NCBI GenBank assembly: GCA_000505065.1
Contig: AWSN01000001.1
Span: 385-64,384 of the forward strand
Reading direction: 5' to 3'
DNA length: 64,000 nucleotides
Source: Parcubacteria bacterium RAAC4_OD1_1
GTDB taxonomy: Bacteria; Patescibacteriota; Minisyncoccia; Phycocordibacterales; UBA9973
Part shown: positions 39,301 through 50,500 of the stretch, piece by piece
Layout of the letters: the number at the start of each line of letters is the position of its first letter
Position numbering within the stretch: the stretch's first letter is position 1
Position numbers and translations under genes: made by a program
The notes under the pieces: generated by a model
The model's database searches: none
Told to the model about the DNA's origin: nothing
What the model saw: only the letters and a program-made list of their open reading frames with translations

Positions 39301-42300
39301 ACTTACATTACACTGCAAACCAAGCTTCTGGGTGGACGGCATATACACCAATTTATATTAAAGGAACGATAACTTCTAGTGGAAATTTCTTACTAGCTGG
39401 AGCTGGAACTGTTGGCGGTACGGCTTTCTTAACTCAAACTCTTCCGACTACAGAAGATGGATTTGTTTATATGCTTTTGGGTCATACTTACAATACAACC
39501 ACTGCCTTTAGATTGACAACCAGCCATCCGATTTATGAATATAAAGGAGGAAAATTAAGACCATATACAAATGAAGCAGATACGTTAGATAGTGTCCTTG
39601 TAAGAGGAGCAACAACAGATGAGACCCCAACATTTTCAAATGCAACTTATTCAGCATTGTTTACGGGGGGAAATGTCGGGATTGGGACGGCGACACCAGG
39701 GGCGAAATTGCACATATCATCTGCAAGTGATAGTGATATTTTACTTGAAACGACAGGTACGAGCACAGGAGCAAGATTAAGATTAAAAAATTCTGCGAGT
39801 GAGTGGTATTTATACAACAATCAAGCAAATGGAATTTTGAAGTTTTATGCTGGAGCAGATAAATGGACTTTGGATACGAGTGGTAATGTTATACAAACAG
39901 GAAATTTGATAGTTCAGGGAACTGGGAACACAACAATAGCTGGCTCCGTCGGGATAGGCACCACCACTCCCACCGCTGTACTTCACCTAAAAGCTGGAAC
40001 TGCGACCGCAGGCACTGCTCCACTTAAATTAACAAGTGGAATAAACTTAACAACACCAGAAGCAGGAGCAATGGAATACAATGGAACAAGTCTATTCTTC
40101 TCTCCATCTACAACAAGATATCAAATACCATTTGCAACAGGAACAAATACAATATTCTTCACAACAACAGGAGCAACTAATGTCACACTTCCTACAACAG
40201 GAACACTTGCAACAACTGCAAATATTCCTACCGCTGCTAACCCATCAGCTACAATCGGACTCACAGCTGTAAATGGATCCGCTACAACATTTATGCGTTC
40301 TGATTCTGCTCCAGCTCTATCTCAAGCAATCGTTCCTACATGGACAGGAATACATACATTTAGTGCAATCCCTGCCTTCAACGGAGGAACATCTGGCTCC
40401 ACTGCTCCATTTAGTGTTGATTCAAATACTTTAGTTTCAAATTTGAATGCTGATTTGTTGGATGGACATGATACTGCATACTTCCAAACAGCACTTACGA
40501 ATCCTGTCACAGGGACGGGGACACTAAATTATGTTCCAAAGTTTACAGCTACAGGAACTACAATAGGCAACTCCTTAATTTTTGATAATGGAACGAATGT
40601 GGGGATTGGGACGACGACATTAACTGAAAAATTAACCATATCAGGAAATATAGATTTACCCGCTACTAATAATTGGAGGTATATTAAAAATTCTGCAACT
40701 AATGGTGGGCTTAGAATTGGTACAGGTAATAGTTCGGGGGTCTATACAGATGGTATAGAGGTTAGTTCTGGTGGCAGTTATGTTAAATTAAATCATAATA
40801 CGACAGTTACTGGAAATTTATATACTACAGGCAACGTCGGCATAGGGACGACGGCACCATTGAGTGCTCTAAATGTTGCAGGACTCACAGGAATTAATTG
40901 GGTAACTGCGGGCAATTCATATGGACTTGTTACTATTGGTACGCAAGGCACAATGGGAGGTGCTTTGTGGGTCAATACACCATCACTAAACGCCAGTAAT
41001 GCATCAGGTTTGGGAATAACTGGTTCATATGATGCCTCAAAAGTTTCTGTAGTTAATGTTAATGCGTATGGAGTGTATGCTGCTACCTACGGCTCAGCAT
41101 TAGCATTTTCAACTTCTAACGGAACTGCTTTGTCAGAGTGGATGAGAATTGATAAAAACGGCAACGTCGGGATTGGGACGACAAACCCATCAGCAAGATT
41201 AACTATTCAAACTGCGAATGCATCTTCTACTGGTGGTATTCGATTATTAGGAATAACTACTCCTACTGATATAAGTTATTGGGGGGAAACAGAATTGGCG
41301 ATGCAGTATGGTGGTGTTTATAAAAATGTAATTAATAATAATGGGGTTTCTTATTTTAATGGAGGTAACGTAGGAATTGGAACGACCTCACCAACAGCAG
41401 CTCTTCATTTAAAAGCCGGCACCGCCACCGTAGGCACTGCACCACTTAAACTAACCGCAGGTACAAACCTCACTACCGCTGAAGCAGGGGCAATGGAATA
41501 CGATGGGACAGATTTATTCTTTACTCCATCTACAACTAGAGAAACAGTAGCATTTATGAGCGATCTAACATCTGGGTATATCCCTTACACAGGAGGAACT
41601 TCAAATGTAGATTTAGGAGCTCATAATCTTACAGTAGATACAAATACATTATTTGTAGATAGTGTGAATCATAGGGTGGGGGTGGGGACTACTTCACCTG
41701 CTTACAAACTTGATGTGAATGGAGTTATGAGATTATCAACAACCACAGGTGATGTCTTTAGACTAGAAGGAAGCACCACTAATGGATATACAGATTTATT
41801 ATTTACTGGTAATGGAAATAATAATTATATATATAGTTTTGGTAGTTCTTATACTACAAATGGTAGATATGTTGGTGGCTCACAACTTATTGATGCTACT
41901 GGTTCTGGTGGTTTAGGTTTGGCAGCTTCAGCAACAGCAGGGACTATAAGATTTTATACTAATGCAAATAATGAGAGAATGAGGATAGATTCTTCTGGCA
42001 ACGTTGGTATTGGGACTACAACGCCAGACGGAAAATTAAACATAAGTAATGGTAGTATGAATACTTCTCGTGAGTCTGTAAACCATTATAGAGATGTAAT
42101 ACATTATAGTGGTGCTGCTTCTGTTACAGGAACGATGCAGATTACTATGCCATCAACAAAATTATGGTCTAATACAATGATGACAGTAACTATTAAGGGG
42201 TATAATTATAGTGCCCATGGAGCATGGGAAGCTGTTATTTCTGGATACAATTATAGCTCTACTTCACAGTGGTATAATTATACCGCTGAAATTAAAGGTA

Positions 42301-45300
42301 AAGCTCCATTTACTTCTATTAGACTTGCAAGTAATGGCACGAGTAATGTTATTTTACTTGGCACAACAACTACAGTTTGGGTTTATCCAAAAATAGAAGT
42401 CACTGATGTGATTACAGGCTATAGTAGTAATACAGGTTGGGGAGAAGGTTGGTCTATTACTCCAATTATAGATGAAGCTGCAATTGTAAATGCTGTTACT
42501 CCAACTATTCCGTATTTCTTAAATAATGTAGGCAATCTTGGGATTGGAACGACGACGCCGGGTACAAAACTTGATGTTGTGGGTGGTGCAATACGAACAG
42601 ACAATCAATTAATTTCTACAATTGTTACGGGGACATCTCCACTTTCTGTTGCTTCAACAACTTTAGTTTCTAATTTGAATGCAGATTTGTTGGATGGATT
42701 GCATGCTTCATCGTTTGTTACTTCTAGTAGTATTTCAGGAACACAAAATTATGTTTCTAAATTTAATGCCGCAGGGACGGGAGTAGTTAATTCACAGATT
42801 TTTGATAATGGAACGAATGTGGGGATTGGGACGACCAATCCTGATAGTTTTCTTGATGTAAGTGGTAGTGCTTCGGGAGGTAAAAGTCTTAGATTAAGAA
42901 GTGGTGATTCAGCAGGTACTCCTGCAGATTCTACTCAAATTCTTTTTTCTTATGGAGGAACTAATGAGTATTCTCATAATATAAGAACAAGACATGACTC
43001 TGGAGCTGCGGCTAACAATGCAATCGATTTTTATACATGGAATTATGGAGTAGATACATCTACTACAACAGGAACAAAACACATAATGACATTAGGTGGA
43101 ACAGGTAATGTCGGGATTGGGACGACGAGTCCACAGGCAAAATTGCACGTTTCAGGGAATTCATTTTTAGGTACATATTATGCAAACAATACAGCTATTA
43201 CTGATGCAGAAGTTATTACTGCTGGAGAAAATAAAATACTTAGTAATTTAACAAGAGGTAACTTAGATATAACAATGACATCTGTTCTTAATCCTGCTCC
43301 TGACTATGGTGCTTCTTTAACTTTTACTACTAATGCAGGTAATTATGGTACCGGTTATTATTATGTTGGTGGAGCTATTAAAACAGGTAGAACGAGTGGT
43401 GCTAATCAAAACCAAGCGCAATACATGTCGTTTTATACTAATAATGGTACTTCTTTGAGTGAAAAATTAAGAATTACACATGATGGCAACGTCGGAATTG
43501 GGACGACAAGTCCAGAAAGTATTTTACATCTTAGTAAGAGTGCCGCTGGCACATCAGGTCCTATTTTATTCTTAGATAATCCTTCTGCTTCTACTCTTGG
43601 TAGTTCTAGTGATATTAATTTTGCAACTTGGTCTGGAGAGTCTGCTACTACACCTGGAGCAAAAATAAGTTTAGTTAACACAGCGGCTGGAAGTGGTGCT
43701 AATGCTTTTACTTTTTATACTAAAAATACAAGTGGAGTTGTCGCAGAAAGAGTTAGGTTTGATTCACAGGGTAATGTCGGAATTGGAACGACGGGGCCGG
43801 GTACAAAACTTGATGTTGTGGGTGGTGCAATACGAACAGACAATCAATTAATTTCTACAATTGCTACGGGGACATCTCCACTTTCTGTTGCTTCAACAAC
43901 TTTAGTTTCTAATTTGAATGCTGATTTGTTGGATGGGATTAGTTCTACAAGTTTATTTAATAATATGGGACAAAATCATTCAGCACAAACAGATTTTAAT
44001 TCTATAACAGATTTTGGTACAAGATTTGTACAAGGTATTACAAATGGACCAGGGACAGGTTCATCACAATTTTATAGTTTGAATCTTGGCTTGGGAAATG
44101 ATTATGCATTTAGTTCATATGCAATGCAAATTTCAATTCCTAGATATACTGGAACTGATAAATATATATCATTTAGAACAAGAGAAGCTGGAGTATGGGG
44201 AACTTGGTCAAAAATAAGTGCAGGATATGCAGATACAGCAGGAAATGCAGATACTGTGGATGGATTACATGCGAGTGCATTCCAAACAGCACTTACGAAT
44301 CCTGTCACAGGGACGGGGACATTAAATTATATTCCAAAGTTTACAGCTACAGGATCTACAATAGGCAACTCCTTAATTTTTGATAATGGAACGAATGTGG
44401 GGATTGGCACAGCAACACCTAATCAACAACTTGAAATTACTAAAAACTTTAGATTGCCCGCCACCACTTATAATGCTGGTTCTCCCTATGGAATAATTTA
44501 TAAAGATGGGAATAGGTTTATTCACGACTTTAATTACGGAAATAATGGGACAGTGACGACTGCTGGACAGAATACTTTTATAGGTGTTAATGCTGGGAAT
44601 TTGACTATGGGTAGTACTGCTACATCAGTTTCCCATTCGTCATATAATACAGCGGTAGGTTATGTTTCTCTCTATTCCAACACCACAGGATACGCTAACT
44701 CTGCTATGGGGCATTATTCTCTTTTTGCTAATACCACAGGATACGCTAACTCTGCACAGGGGGTTAATTCTCTCTACTCCAACACTGGAGGATACAATAA
44801 CTCTGCTGTGGGATATTATTCTCTCTATTCCAACACTACAGGAAACCACAACTCCGCAATGGGTGTTAATTCTCTCTACTCCAATACTACAGGCTGGTAC
44901 AACTCAGCATTAGGTTATCAAGCAGGAAGATATATTGCTGATGGAACAACAGGTAGAACTACAGGTAACAACGGACTATATCTCGGATACAATTCTAAAG
45001 CTAGTGCAGATGGGACAACTAATGAAATAGTGATAGGGTATAATACTATAGGTGCTGGAAGTAATACCGCTGTCTATGGTAATACTTCAATGACTAAGCA
45101 TATATTTAGTAATGGTAACGTCGGTATTGGGACGACAAGTCCGGGGGCTATTTTATCTTTAGGTAGTTCTGCTGCTTATCAAAAGCTTTTAGTTTTTGAA
45201 TCTGGAAATACAAAAGCTGGCTTCGGACTTACTCCAACTGGAGATTTTAGATCTTTTACTCCAACAGGGACTACTTTGTCTTTTGGTCATATGTCTACTA

Positions 45301-47501
45301 CTGACGGTTCTACTTATTCAGAAAATATGAGTATTAATTCTTCTGGAAAAATTTTAATGGGTGCAACTTCCGACGCTTCAACATCTAGATTATATGTTTC
45401 AGGATCTACTACTTCAAATGGATCAACGACTGCTATTGCGGGTATCTTGGGAGATTATTCATTAAGTAATGGTGGAGGAGCAAGCTATGTACAAGTTGGT
45501 AATAGATTTGTTATCACAAATAGTCCTACTACAAATCCAAATACTGCTGTTGGAGAAATTGTAAGAATGGTAGACAATACAACTCTTGCAAATTTAGTTA
45601 GAGGTCTTGATATTACATCTAATGGAGGTACGAATACTGCAGGGACAAATACAGGACTCCGTGCAAGTGGTGCAACATTTGGTATCCAAGGTGTGACCAC
45701 AGCTCTCGCTGGAGGGGTGTCAGTACCTGCTGCTATTTATGGAGAAAGTACAGGAACAACCCAAGGAGATATCCTTAGACTTTATTCAGATACTGTGACA
45801 TCTGCTCCTTCTTTTGCAACATTCTACCATAATACAAGTACATTTACGGGGACTGGTCTCCTTATGGATTTTGCAACAGGTTCAGGATCGTTTACTGGAA
45901 ATTTTGCGGATTTTCAGAAGAATAATGCATCCTTATTTAAGGTCACCAATACGGGTGTTGTAAGTATGGGTCTTAGTGCTACTTCTTCTACAACAGCAGT
46001 ATGTTCTAGTTTGGCTACTTCTACTTCTCCAACTGCAGGAATTGCTTATGAAATCCGTGATTGTAGTGGAACCCCTGTCGCTGACTATGCCGAGATGTAC
46101 CCAGTTGAAGAAGATGTAACTTATGGAGATATAGTTATAGCAGGAAGTGAGATGATAAATACTTATGATACTACAAATGGAGAAATAGACTGGGATAAAG
46201 TAAAAGCAAAAATTCCTAAATTAAAGAAATCAAGTAAAGCTTATGATAGAAAGGTTGTGGGAGTGGTGTCAGATAACTATGGGGATTTTAGTTCGGTGGG
46301 TTATAACCTAAAAGATGAAGACAATCCTAAACCAATAGCGCTTAATGGGCGTGTGCCTGTAAAGATTTCTCCAAATTCTTCTTCTATACAAATAGGGGAT
46401 TATATTACTACTTCTAATGATATAGGTAAAGGAATGAAGGCTATAAAGGCAGGCTTTGTGATAGGTAAAGCACTTGAATCTTGGGATAATTCAAATCCTA
46501 CAGAAACAATTATGATATATGTAGAGCAGGGATATTATAATGGTGAATCTATTTCTGATTTTCTTGGAATTGTTATAAATGAATCTCCTGTTGATACTGA
46601 AAATATTGAAGTCACCGAAGATGATTCATCTATACTTATTTTAGACAAGCTTCTTTCTTATAAAGAAGAAATAGATACAGAAAATTTATCAGAAATATTT
46701 ATGGACAGACTTGTCGCTGGACTTGAAATAATAACTCCTCGTGTAGTTACAAATAACCTTTATATTAAAGAGGAATTTACAATAGATGGTTTATCTTTCT
46801 TTAATGGAGATTCCACTTTTGCAAATAGTGTCTTGTTTAAAGATATTGTTTCTTTTGAAGTTCCTCCATTATTCAATAAAGATACAGCTGGGTTTGCTAT
46901 TATAAGAGAAGGAGCCTCCCGTGTGAGAATCACTTTTGAAAACTCATATGTTTCTACACCAGTTGTGACATCTTCTGTTTCATATGAAGGAGAAGAAGGT
47001 AATAGCGAGATAGATACAAATTTATTCTTTGAAGAAGATATAAAATACGTTATAACAGAAAAAAGTCAGGACGGATTTACTATTGTCCTTAACAAAGAAG
47101 CTCCATTTGATGTAAAATTCTCTTGGATAGCACTCTCTGTTAAAGATTCAAATATTTTTGAAGGATTAATTGGAGGAATTGAATTTGATAATATATCAAA
47201 TGTAAATAATATTGAAGAACCTAATATATCTTTAGATGGAGAAGTTGCAGGAGAAATAATAACTGAGAATTTATCTGAAAATACTACAGGGGAAGTTTTA
47301 AATGAAGAAGTAATTATTGAAACGATAGAAGAATCATCAATGACAGAAGAACCTATGGTAAATATAAATGAGGAAGTTATAATAGAAGAAGGTGGAACAA
47401 TAAACGAAGTTGTACCTACTGAGACAGATACAAGTATAGATACAAGTACAGATACAAATACAAGTACAGATACTACTAGTCAAGAAGAAGTTGTAATTTA
47501 A
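36369..47501 (+). CDS. Giant (~3710 aa) modular surface/fibre protein with ~20 GNVGIGTT junction motifs, a C-terminal autoproteolytic chaperone-like domain and an acidic tail
   Basis: N-terminal hydrophobic segment, repeated modules, ADYAEMY...VGVVS...IALNGRVPVK...GDYIT...IGKALE region. Confidence 0.8.
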   Translation: MFKKDNKLKEKISKILPRFSVHYVAYSVSFLFVVFSIIHIVSATTPNPGHPWSELGDGVFSVTYNQTAPRTYTFPDANATVLTTNAPVTVAQGGTGLTTIASGSILGANLANTLSAITSTTGTKVLTNTDGTISWENEPDSMVYPSAGIAVSTGSAWGTSITSSSLLISNISDEVGTGYLVFNDSPSFTTKITTPLILGGTSTTQDLSFQTTSGIGATGADMHFKVGNNGATEAMTILNNGYVGIGTTGPSDKLSVIGGNIAIDASSKIYNGSAADSAGIRFPSSVTDIAGYNGIIFRSSTVGIASQTERMRITNTGSVGIGTTAPTAVLHLKAGTATAGTAPLKLTSGVNLTTGEAGAMEYDGVELYFTPSGTTRETIAYLSDLTSGLTGYVPYTGATTNVDLGVHNLTVDTNTLFVDSVNHRVGVGTTTPTYLLTLKSPASNTISFSLEKTGATTTPALTAYEGSSTQGVMNFYDNGSAIGAKIQGYGDSYFNGGNVGIGTTSPFSPASINKVLNIYKDTGSVGLNLSVGLEDYEIANVAGDLWFIDDNSTKIVVKNTSGNLLINTTTDNGVDKLQVNGSLSTVGNVRVNKRTDAYRYVDIYSDNVYGYIQVKRGDTDAVRELILQPSGSSVGIGTTSPTAVLHLKAGTATAGTAPLKLTSGVNLTTGEAGAMEYDGTDLFFTPSTTRETVAFLSDITASAHNPVTLGTANGLSLSTQQLSLALASTSTTGALSSTDWNTFNNKQATLVSGTNIKTINSASLLGSGDIALQTPLVADTDYLTPGTASSTYALATNGTYYIEGTGTVAGTWLGSHPNITSYYDGLTVRYYTPIAGAATTTLNINSLGAKTIYYAGATKLTTHYPALSVITLTYSATQNGGSWFVQPFYADGNESYTVRWSSTLQAGAPIYDYKLVMFGASDGKVYPLTLETGTATTKTVSSVEFNPMSPVLYYGSTTDIALDGTSASYWYEGVTSANLHYTANQASGWTAYTPIYIKGTITSSGNFLLAGAGTVGGTAFLTQTLPTTEDGFVYMLLGHTYNTTTAFRLTTSHPIYEYKGGKLRPYTNEADTLDSVLVRGATTDETPTFSNATYSALFTGGNVGIGTATPGAKLHISSASDSDILLETTGTSTGARLRLKNSASEWYLYNNQANGILKFYAGADKWTLDTSGNVIQTGNLIVQGTGNTTIAGSVGIGTTTPTAVLHLKAGTATAGTAPLKLTSGINLTTPEAGAMEYNGTSLFFSPSTTRYQIPFATGTNTIFFTTTGATNVTLPTTGTLATTANIPTAANPSATIGLTAVNGSATTFMRSDSAPALSQAIVPTWTGIHTFSAIPAFNGGTSGSTAPFSVDSNTLVSNLNADLLDGHDTAYFQTALTNPVTGTGTLNYVPKFTATGTTIGNSLIFDNGTNVGIGTTTLTEKLTISGNIDLPATNNWRYIKNSATNGGLRIGTGNSSGVYTDGIEVSSGGSYVKLNHNTTVTGNLYTTGNVGIGTTAPLSALNVAGLTGINWVTAGNSYGLVTIGTQGTMGGALWVNTPSLNASNASGLGITGSYDASKVSVVNVNAYGVYAATYGSALAFSTSNGTALSEWMRIDKNGNVGIGTTNPSARLTIQTANASSTGGIRLLGITTPTDISYWGETELAMQYGGVYKNVINNNGVSYFNGGNVGIGTTSPTAALHLKAGTATVGTAPLKLTAGTNLTTAEAGAMEYDGTDLFFTPSTTRETVAFMSDLTSGYIPYTGGTSNVDLGAHNLTVDTNTLFVDSVNHRVGVGTTSPAYKLDVNGVMRLSTTTGDVFRLEGSTTNGYTDLLFTGNGNNNYIYSFGSSYTTNGRYVGGSQLIDATGSGGLGLAASATAGTIRFYTNANNERMRIDSSGNVGIGTTTPDGKLNISNGSMNTSRESVNHYRDVIHYSGAASVTGTMQITMPSTKLWSNTMMTVTIKGYNYSAHGAWEAVISGYNYSSTSQWYNYTAEIKGKAPFTSIRLASNGTSNVILLGTTTTVWVYPKIEVTDVITGYSSNTGWGEGWSITPIIDEAAIVNAVTPTIPYFLNNVGNLGIGTTTPGTKLDVVGGAIRTDNQLISTIVTGTSPLSVASTTLVSNLNADLLDGLHASSFVTSSSISGTQNYVSKFNAAGTGVVNSQIFDNGTNVGIGTTNPDSFLDVSGSASGGKSLRLRSGDSAGTPADSTQILFSYGGTNEYSHNIRTRHDSGAAANNAIDFYTWNYGVDTSTTTGTKHIMTLGGTGNVGIGTTSPQAKLHVSGNSFLGTYYANNTAITDAEVITAGENKILSNLTRGNLDITMTSVLNPAPDYGASLTFTTNAGNYGTGYYYVGGAIKTGRTSGANQNQAQYMSFYTNNGTSLSEKLRITHDGNVGIGTTSPESILHLSKSAAGTSGPILFLDNPSASTLGSSSDINFATWSGESATTPGAKISLVNTAAGSGANAFTFYTKNTSGVVAERVRFDSQGNVGIGTTGPGTKLDVVGGAIRTDNQLISTIATGTSPLSVASTTLVSNLNADLLDGISSTSLFNNMGQNHSAQTDFNSITDFGTRFVQGITNGPGTGSSQFYSLNLGLGNDYAFSSYAMQISIPRYTGTDKYISFRTREAGVWGTWSKISAGYADTAGNADTVDGLHASAFQTALTNPVTGTGTLNYIPKFTATGSTIGNSLIFDNGTNVGIGTATPNQQLEITKNFRLPATTYNAGSPYGIIYKDGNRFIHDFNYGNNGTVTTAGQNTFIGVNAGNLTMGSTATSVSHSSYNTAVGYVSLYSNTTGYANSAMGHYSLFANTTGYANSAQGVNSLYSNTGGYNNSAVGYYSLYSNTTGNHNSAMGVNSLYSNTTGWYNSALGYQAGRYIADGTTGRTTGNNGLYLGYNSKASADGTTNEIVIGYNTIGAGSNTAVYGNTSMTKHIFSNGNVGIGTTSPGAILSLGSSAAYQKLLVFESGNTKAGFGLTPTGDFRSFTPTGTTLSFGHMSTTDGSTYSENMSINSSGKILMGATSDASTSRLYVSGSTTSNGSTTAIAGILGDYSLSNGGGASYVQVGNRFVITNSPTTNPNTAVGEIVRMVDNTTLANLVRGLDITSNGGTNTAGTNTGLRASGATFGIQGVTTALAGGVSVPAAIYGESTGTTQGDILRLYSDTVTSAPSFATFYHNTSTFTGTGLLMDFATGSGSFTGNFADFQKNNASLFKVTNTGVVSMGLSATSSTTAVCSSLATSTSPTAGIAYEIRDCSGTPVADYAEMYPVEEDVTYGDIVIAGSEMINTYDTTNGEIDWDKVKAKIPKLKKSSKAYDRKVVGVVSDNYGDFSSVGYNLKDEDNPKPIALNGRVPVKISPNSSSIQIGDYITTSNDIGKGMKAIKAGFVIGKALESWDNSNPTETIMIYVEQGYYNGESISDFLGIVINESPVDTENIEVTEDDSSILILDKLLSYKEEIDTENLSEIFMDRLVAGLEIITPRVVTNNLYIKEEFTIDGLSFFNGDSTFANSVLFKDIVSFEVPPLFNKDTAGFAIIREGASRVRITFENSYVSTPVVTSSVSYEGEEGNSEIDTNLFFEEDIKYVITEKSQDGFTIVLNKEAPFDVKFSWIALSVKDSNIFEGLIGGIEFDNISNVNNIEEPNISLDGEVAGEIITENLSENTTGEVLNEEVIIETIEESSMTEEPMVNINEEVIIEEGGTINEVVPTETDTSIDTSTDTNTSTDTTSQEEVVI
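44640..44926 (+). repeat. About 5.5 tandem 51-bp (17-aa) coding repeats xxNSAxGxxSLYSNTTG
   Basis: Units start at 44640, 44691, 44742, 44793, 44844 and 44895. Confidence 0.85.
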
Positions 47502-47558
47502 TTATTAGAATAATTTATATAATTCCTATTTTGATGTTGGTATAGTATAATCATAAAT

Positions 47559-50500
47559 ATGTTTTATCAGAATAAAAAATTAAAAAGAAAAATATTTAAA
47601 AATATAAAAATTGGTATTTTTGTATTTTCTTTTATGTTTACTTCTTTGTTTTCTTATTTACCTAATTTAAATACAAATGAAGTAAAAGTTGCCGAAGCTT
47701 ATGTAGGTACAAGAGTAAAAACTGTTGAATTCTTTGCTGGGCAGTATGCTTCTAGTACACTTGCTAATGCTGGAGTACAGAATAATTTTGAAGTACAGAA
47801 TGTAGAAATATCAGAAACTAATGTAGATATTATAAATTCTTATATTGAATTTTCTGCTCAAGTAGGGGCCAATGCTTCTACTACCATTACAGAAGGACTT
47901 CTTTATTTTAGTGCTTGTGCTGGTACTTCTTGTACACCTGCTACTCCTGCTATGGTTATGAACACAGCAGGTTTAGGGACAAGTACAGGAGAGTCTCAAA
48001 CAATAAGACTTCGAACTAATATTGCTACTGCTGGTACTGATACGGATATTTTTTCTACTTTCACAGGAGGGGCTTTTTCTTTTCAAGTTGGGTATTGTAT
48101 AGATGGAGCATCAGGAACTGATGGATCGACTTGTAATGGGACAGTTGCAGCTAGTATCCAAAGTGCTAATGCTAAACTTGTGACAACTTATACTTATGAT
48201 GACACATCTACATATCAAACTAATACAGTTATTTATCCACTTGAGTCTAACACCACAGGGCCTGTCGGGTCAAAGACTATAGTCCAAGCATCTTGTACTA
48301 TGGACTCAAACTGTCCTAAATTTAGTTATAATACGAACATCCCAGAATTATCATCTCAAGTATCTCAATTTTTTCATACTCAATTCTTTGGTGGATCAGT
48401 CTCAACGACAACTGATCATCAATTTCAAGCACAAGTAGATGGTAATACTTCTGGAAGTACGATGTATTTTGAGCAAGCACTTTCTGATAATGGGGGAGCC
48501 ATGGATTATCTTGTCAGTGGGCTTGATGGGTATGAGAACAATACAGCTCAACAGCTTGAAACTCGTGTGAATGGCAATGCTTATGTGCTTGGTGGAGAAA
48601 ATTATGTGACATACAAATACCCCAATAGCGCAGGAGTAAAAACAAAAACAATAGTGCTCCCAGTAGGAGAGGTGCAGACAGTCGGGTCTATTACAAAGTC
48701 ATCTCTTGTGGGTCCAACTGTAAAATTTCCTGAAACTGGAGTAAGTATCAAAAAGGCTTGGTTTAGAGTACACACTAGTGCTGGAGGGCAGACTACAGCA
48801 TCTAATTTAAATATTACAACAAAAGTAGGTTCTAATACAGAATCTTTAGCAACGGCGTACTCTATCGGCGGTACGCTTGAGGGTGTTTCTGATGATGGGT
48901 ATTTTATTCATATGATTCCTTCATCAGATTATTCCCACTTAGAAACTGCCAATATAGATACAGGAATTCCTGTCCAAATGTCGGCTCAATGGTCTACTCC
49001 ATATGGAGCAGTGTCTGGTGAACTTGTGATCACATATACTTATACAGGAGATACAAATGGATTTAATACTACACAAAGACTTTTTGCAGGTCAAAGTACA
49101 ACAACAGCATCAACAACATTTTCTGCTCCTACTGGGGCTGTTGGAGGAATTGTGGATCCATATATATATCAAGGTATAGGGAATGCATCTATCCTTGGGG
49201 TTTCTCTTAAAATGGATGGTAAAGATACATCCGCAACTGCTAATCAAACAGTGGGTGCTAATATGTCAGTTTACCCTAATGCCTGTACAAGTTCAGATAC
49301 TTTTAATTCAACCACACTTACAGATACACAAATCACAAAAGTTTCTCTCTTTAAAGAGATAACAGGTGTTGTGACAAACAACAATACAACGACTTACACA
49401 CCTTGTTATAATAGTAGTCAAGCAACTATCTTTAATGGAACAGTAGCCATAACTACGATGGTAGATTTTAGAGAAGTTGTTGCTTCTGGTGGTACTGAAA
49501 CTACAATAAATGTAGGAGGTATTGATTATAAGGTTCACACATTTCTTTCATCTGGAACTTTTACTGTCACTAGTGGTGGTGGTATTGAGTATTTGGTTGT
49601 TGGAGGAGGGGGAGGTACTGAAAATAATAATGCTGCTGTTGGTGGTGGTGGAGCTGGTGGTGTATTAACAGGATCAACTTCAACAGATGCAGGTTCTTAT
49701 TCTATAACTGTAGGAAGTGGTGGTCTTGGGTATTTTGGTGGAACACCAGGACAAGGGCAACAAGGAGGATCTAGTAGTATTGGTTCTTTAGTTGTTGCGA
49801 CAGGTGGAGGAGCATCCAATAGTTTACCAAACGGGGGATCAGGTGCTGGAGGTACTGCTTATTCATCTTCATATGGTCCTGGAGGTACTGGAATTGCAGG
49901 ACAAGGATATCCTGGTGGTGCAGCTTCGGCAACACGTAGAGCCGGTGGAGGAGGTGGTGCTTCACAAGCTGGAGGAAATTCAGGAATAAATAACTATGGT
50001 GGTGATGGTGGTGATGGAATACAAAGTAGTATAAATGGAACTGCTACATACTATGGTGGTGGAGGTGGTGGTGCTGGATATACAACTAACGGTCAGGGTG
50101 ATGGTGGTTTGGGTGGTGGTGCAAATGGATCATATGGTGCACCAACTTCAAATCAAAATGGAACTCCTAATACTGGTGGTGGAGGAGGTGGTTCAAAACT
50201 TTTTAGTTCTACTGTTAGATCTGGTTCTGGTGGTTCAGGTATTGTCATAATAAGGTATCCTATGAGTACAGAACCTTCTTTTTCTCAACTAGATTATAGA
50301 TTTTTTGAGAATGAAGATGGAAATTTTGTTTATTCATCTTTAGGAAGTCAAAATACTAATGTCTCACTTTCTCAATCTGGGGAAGACTTTAGATTAAGAA
50401 TGCTTTTAAAAATAGAAAATTATAATATGACCGTTGAAAAGAGTCACTTTAAATTACAATTTTCAGAGAAGTCTGGTTCTTGTGATACTTCTTTTGTTGG

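Noticed and set aside
44640-44926. CRISPR array or DGR template repeat
   Set aside because: In-frame coding repeats with no spacers; they do not match the variable region at 26260
47424-47475. Short ACAGATACAAGT-type repeats, and the poly-Gly run near 55108
   Set aside because: Low-complexity coding linkers
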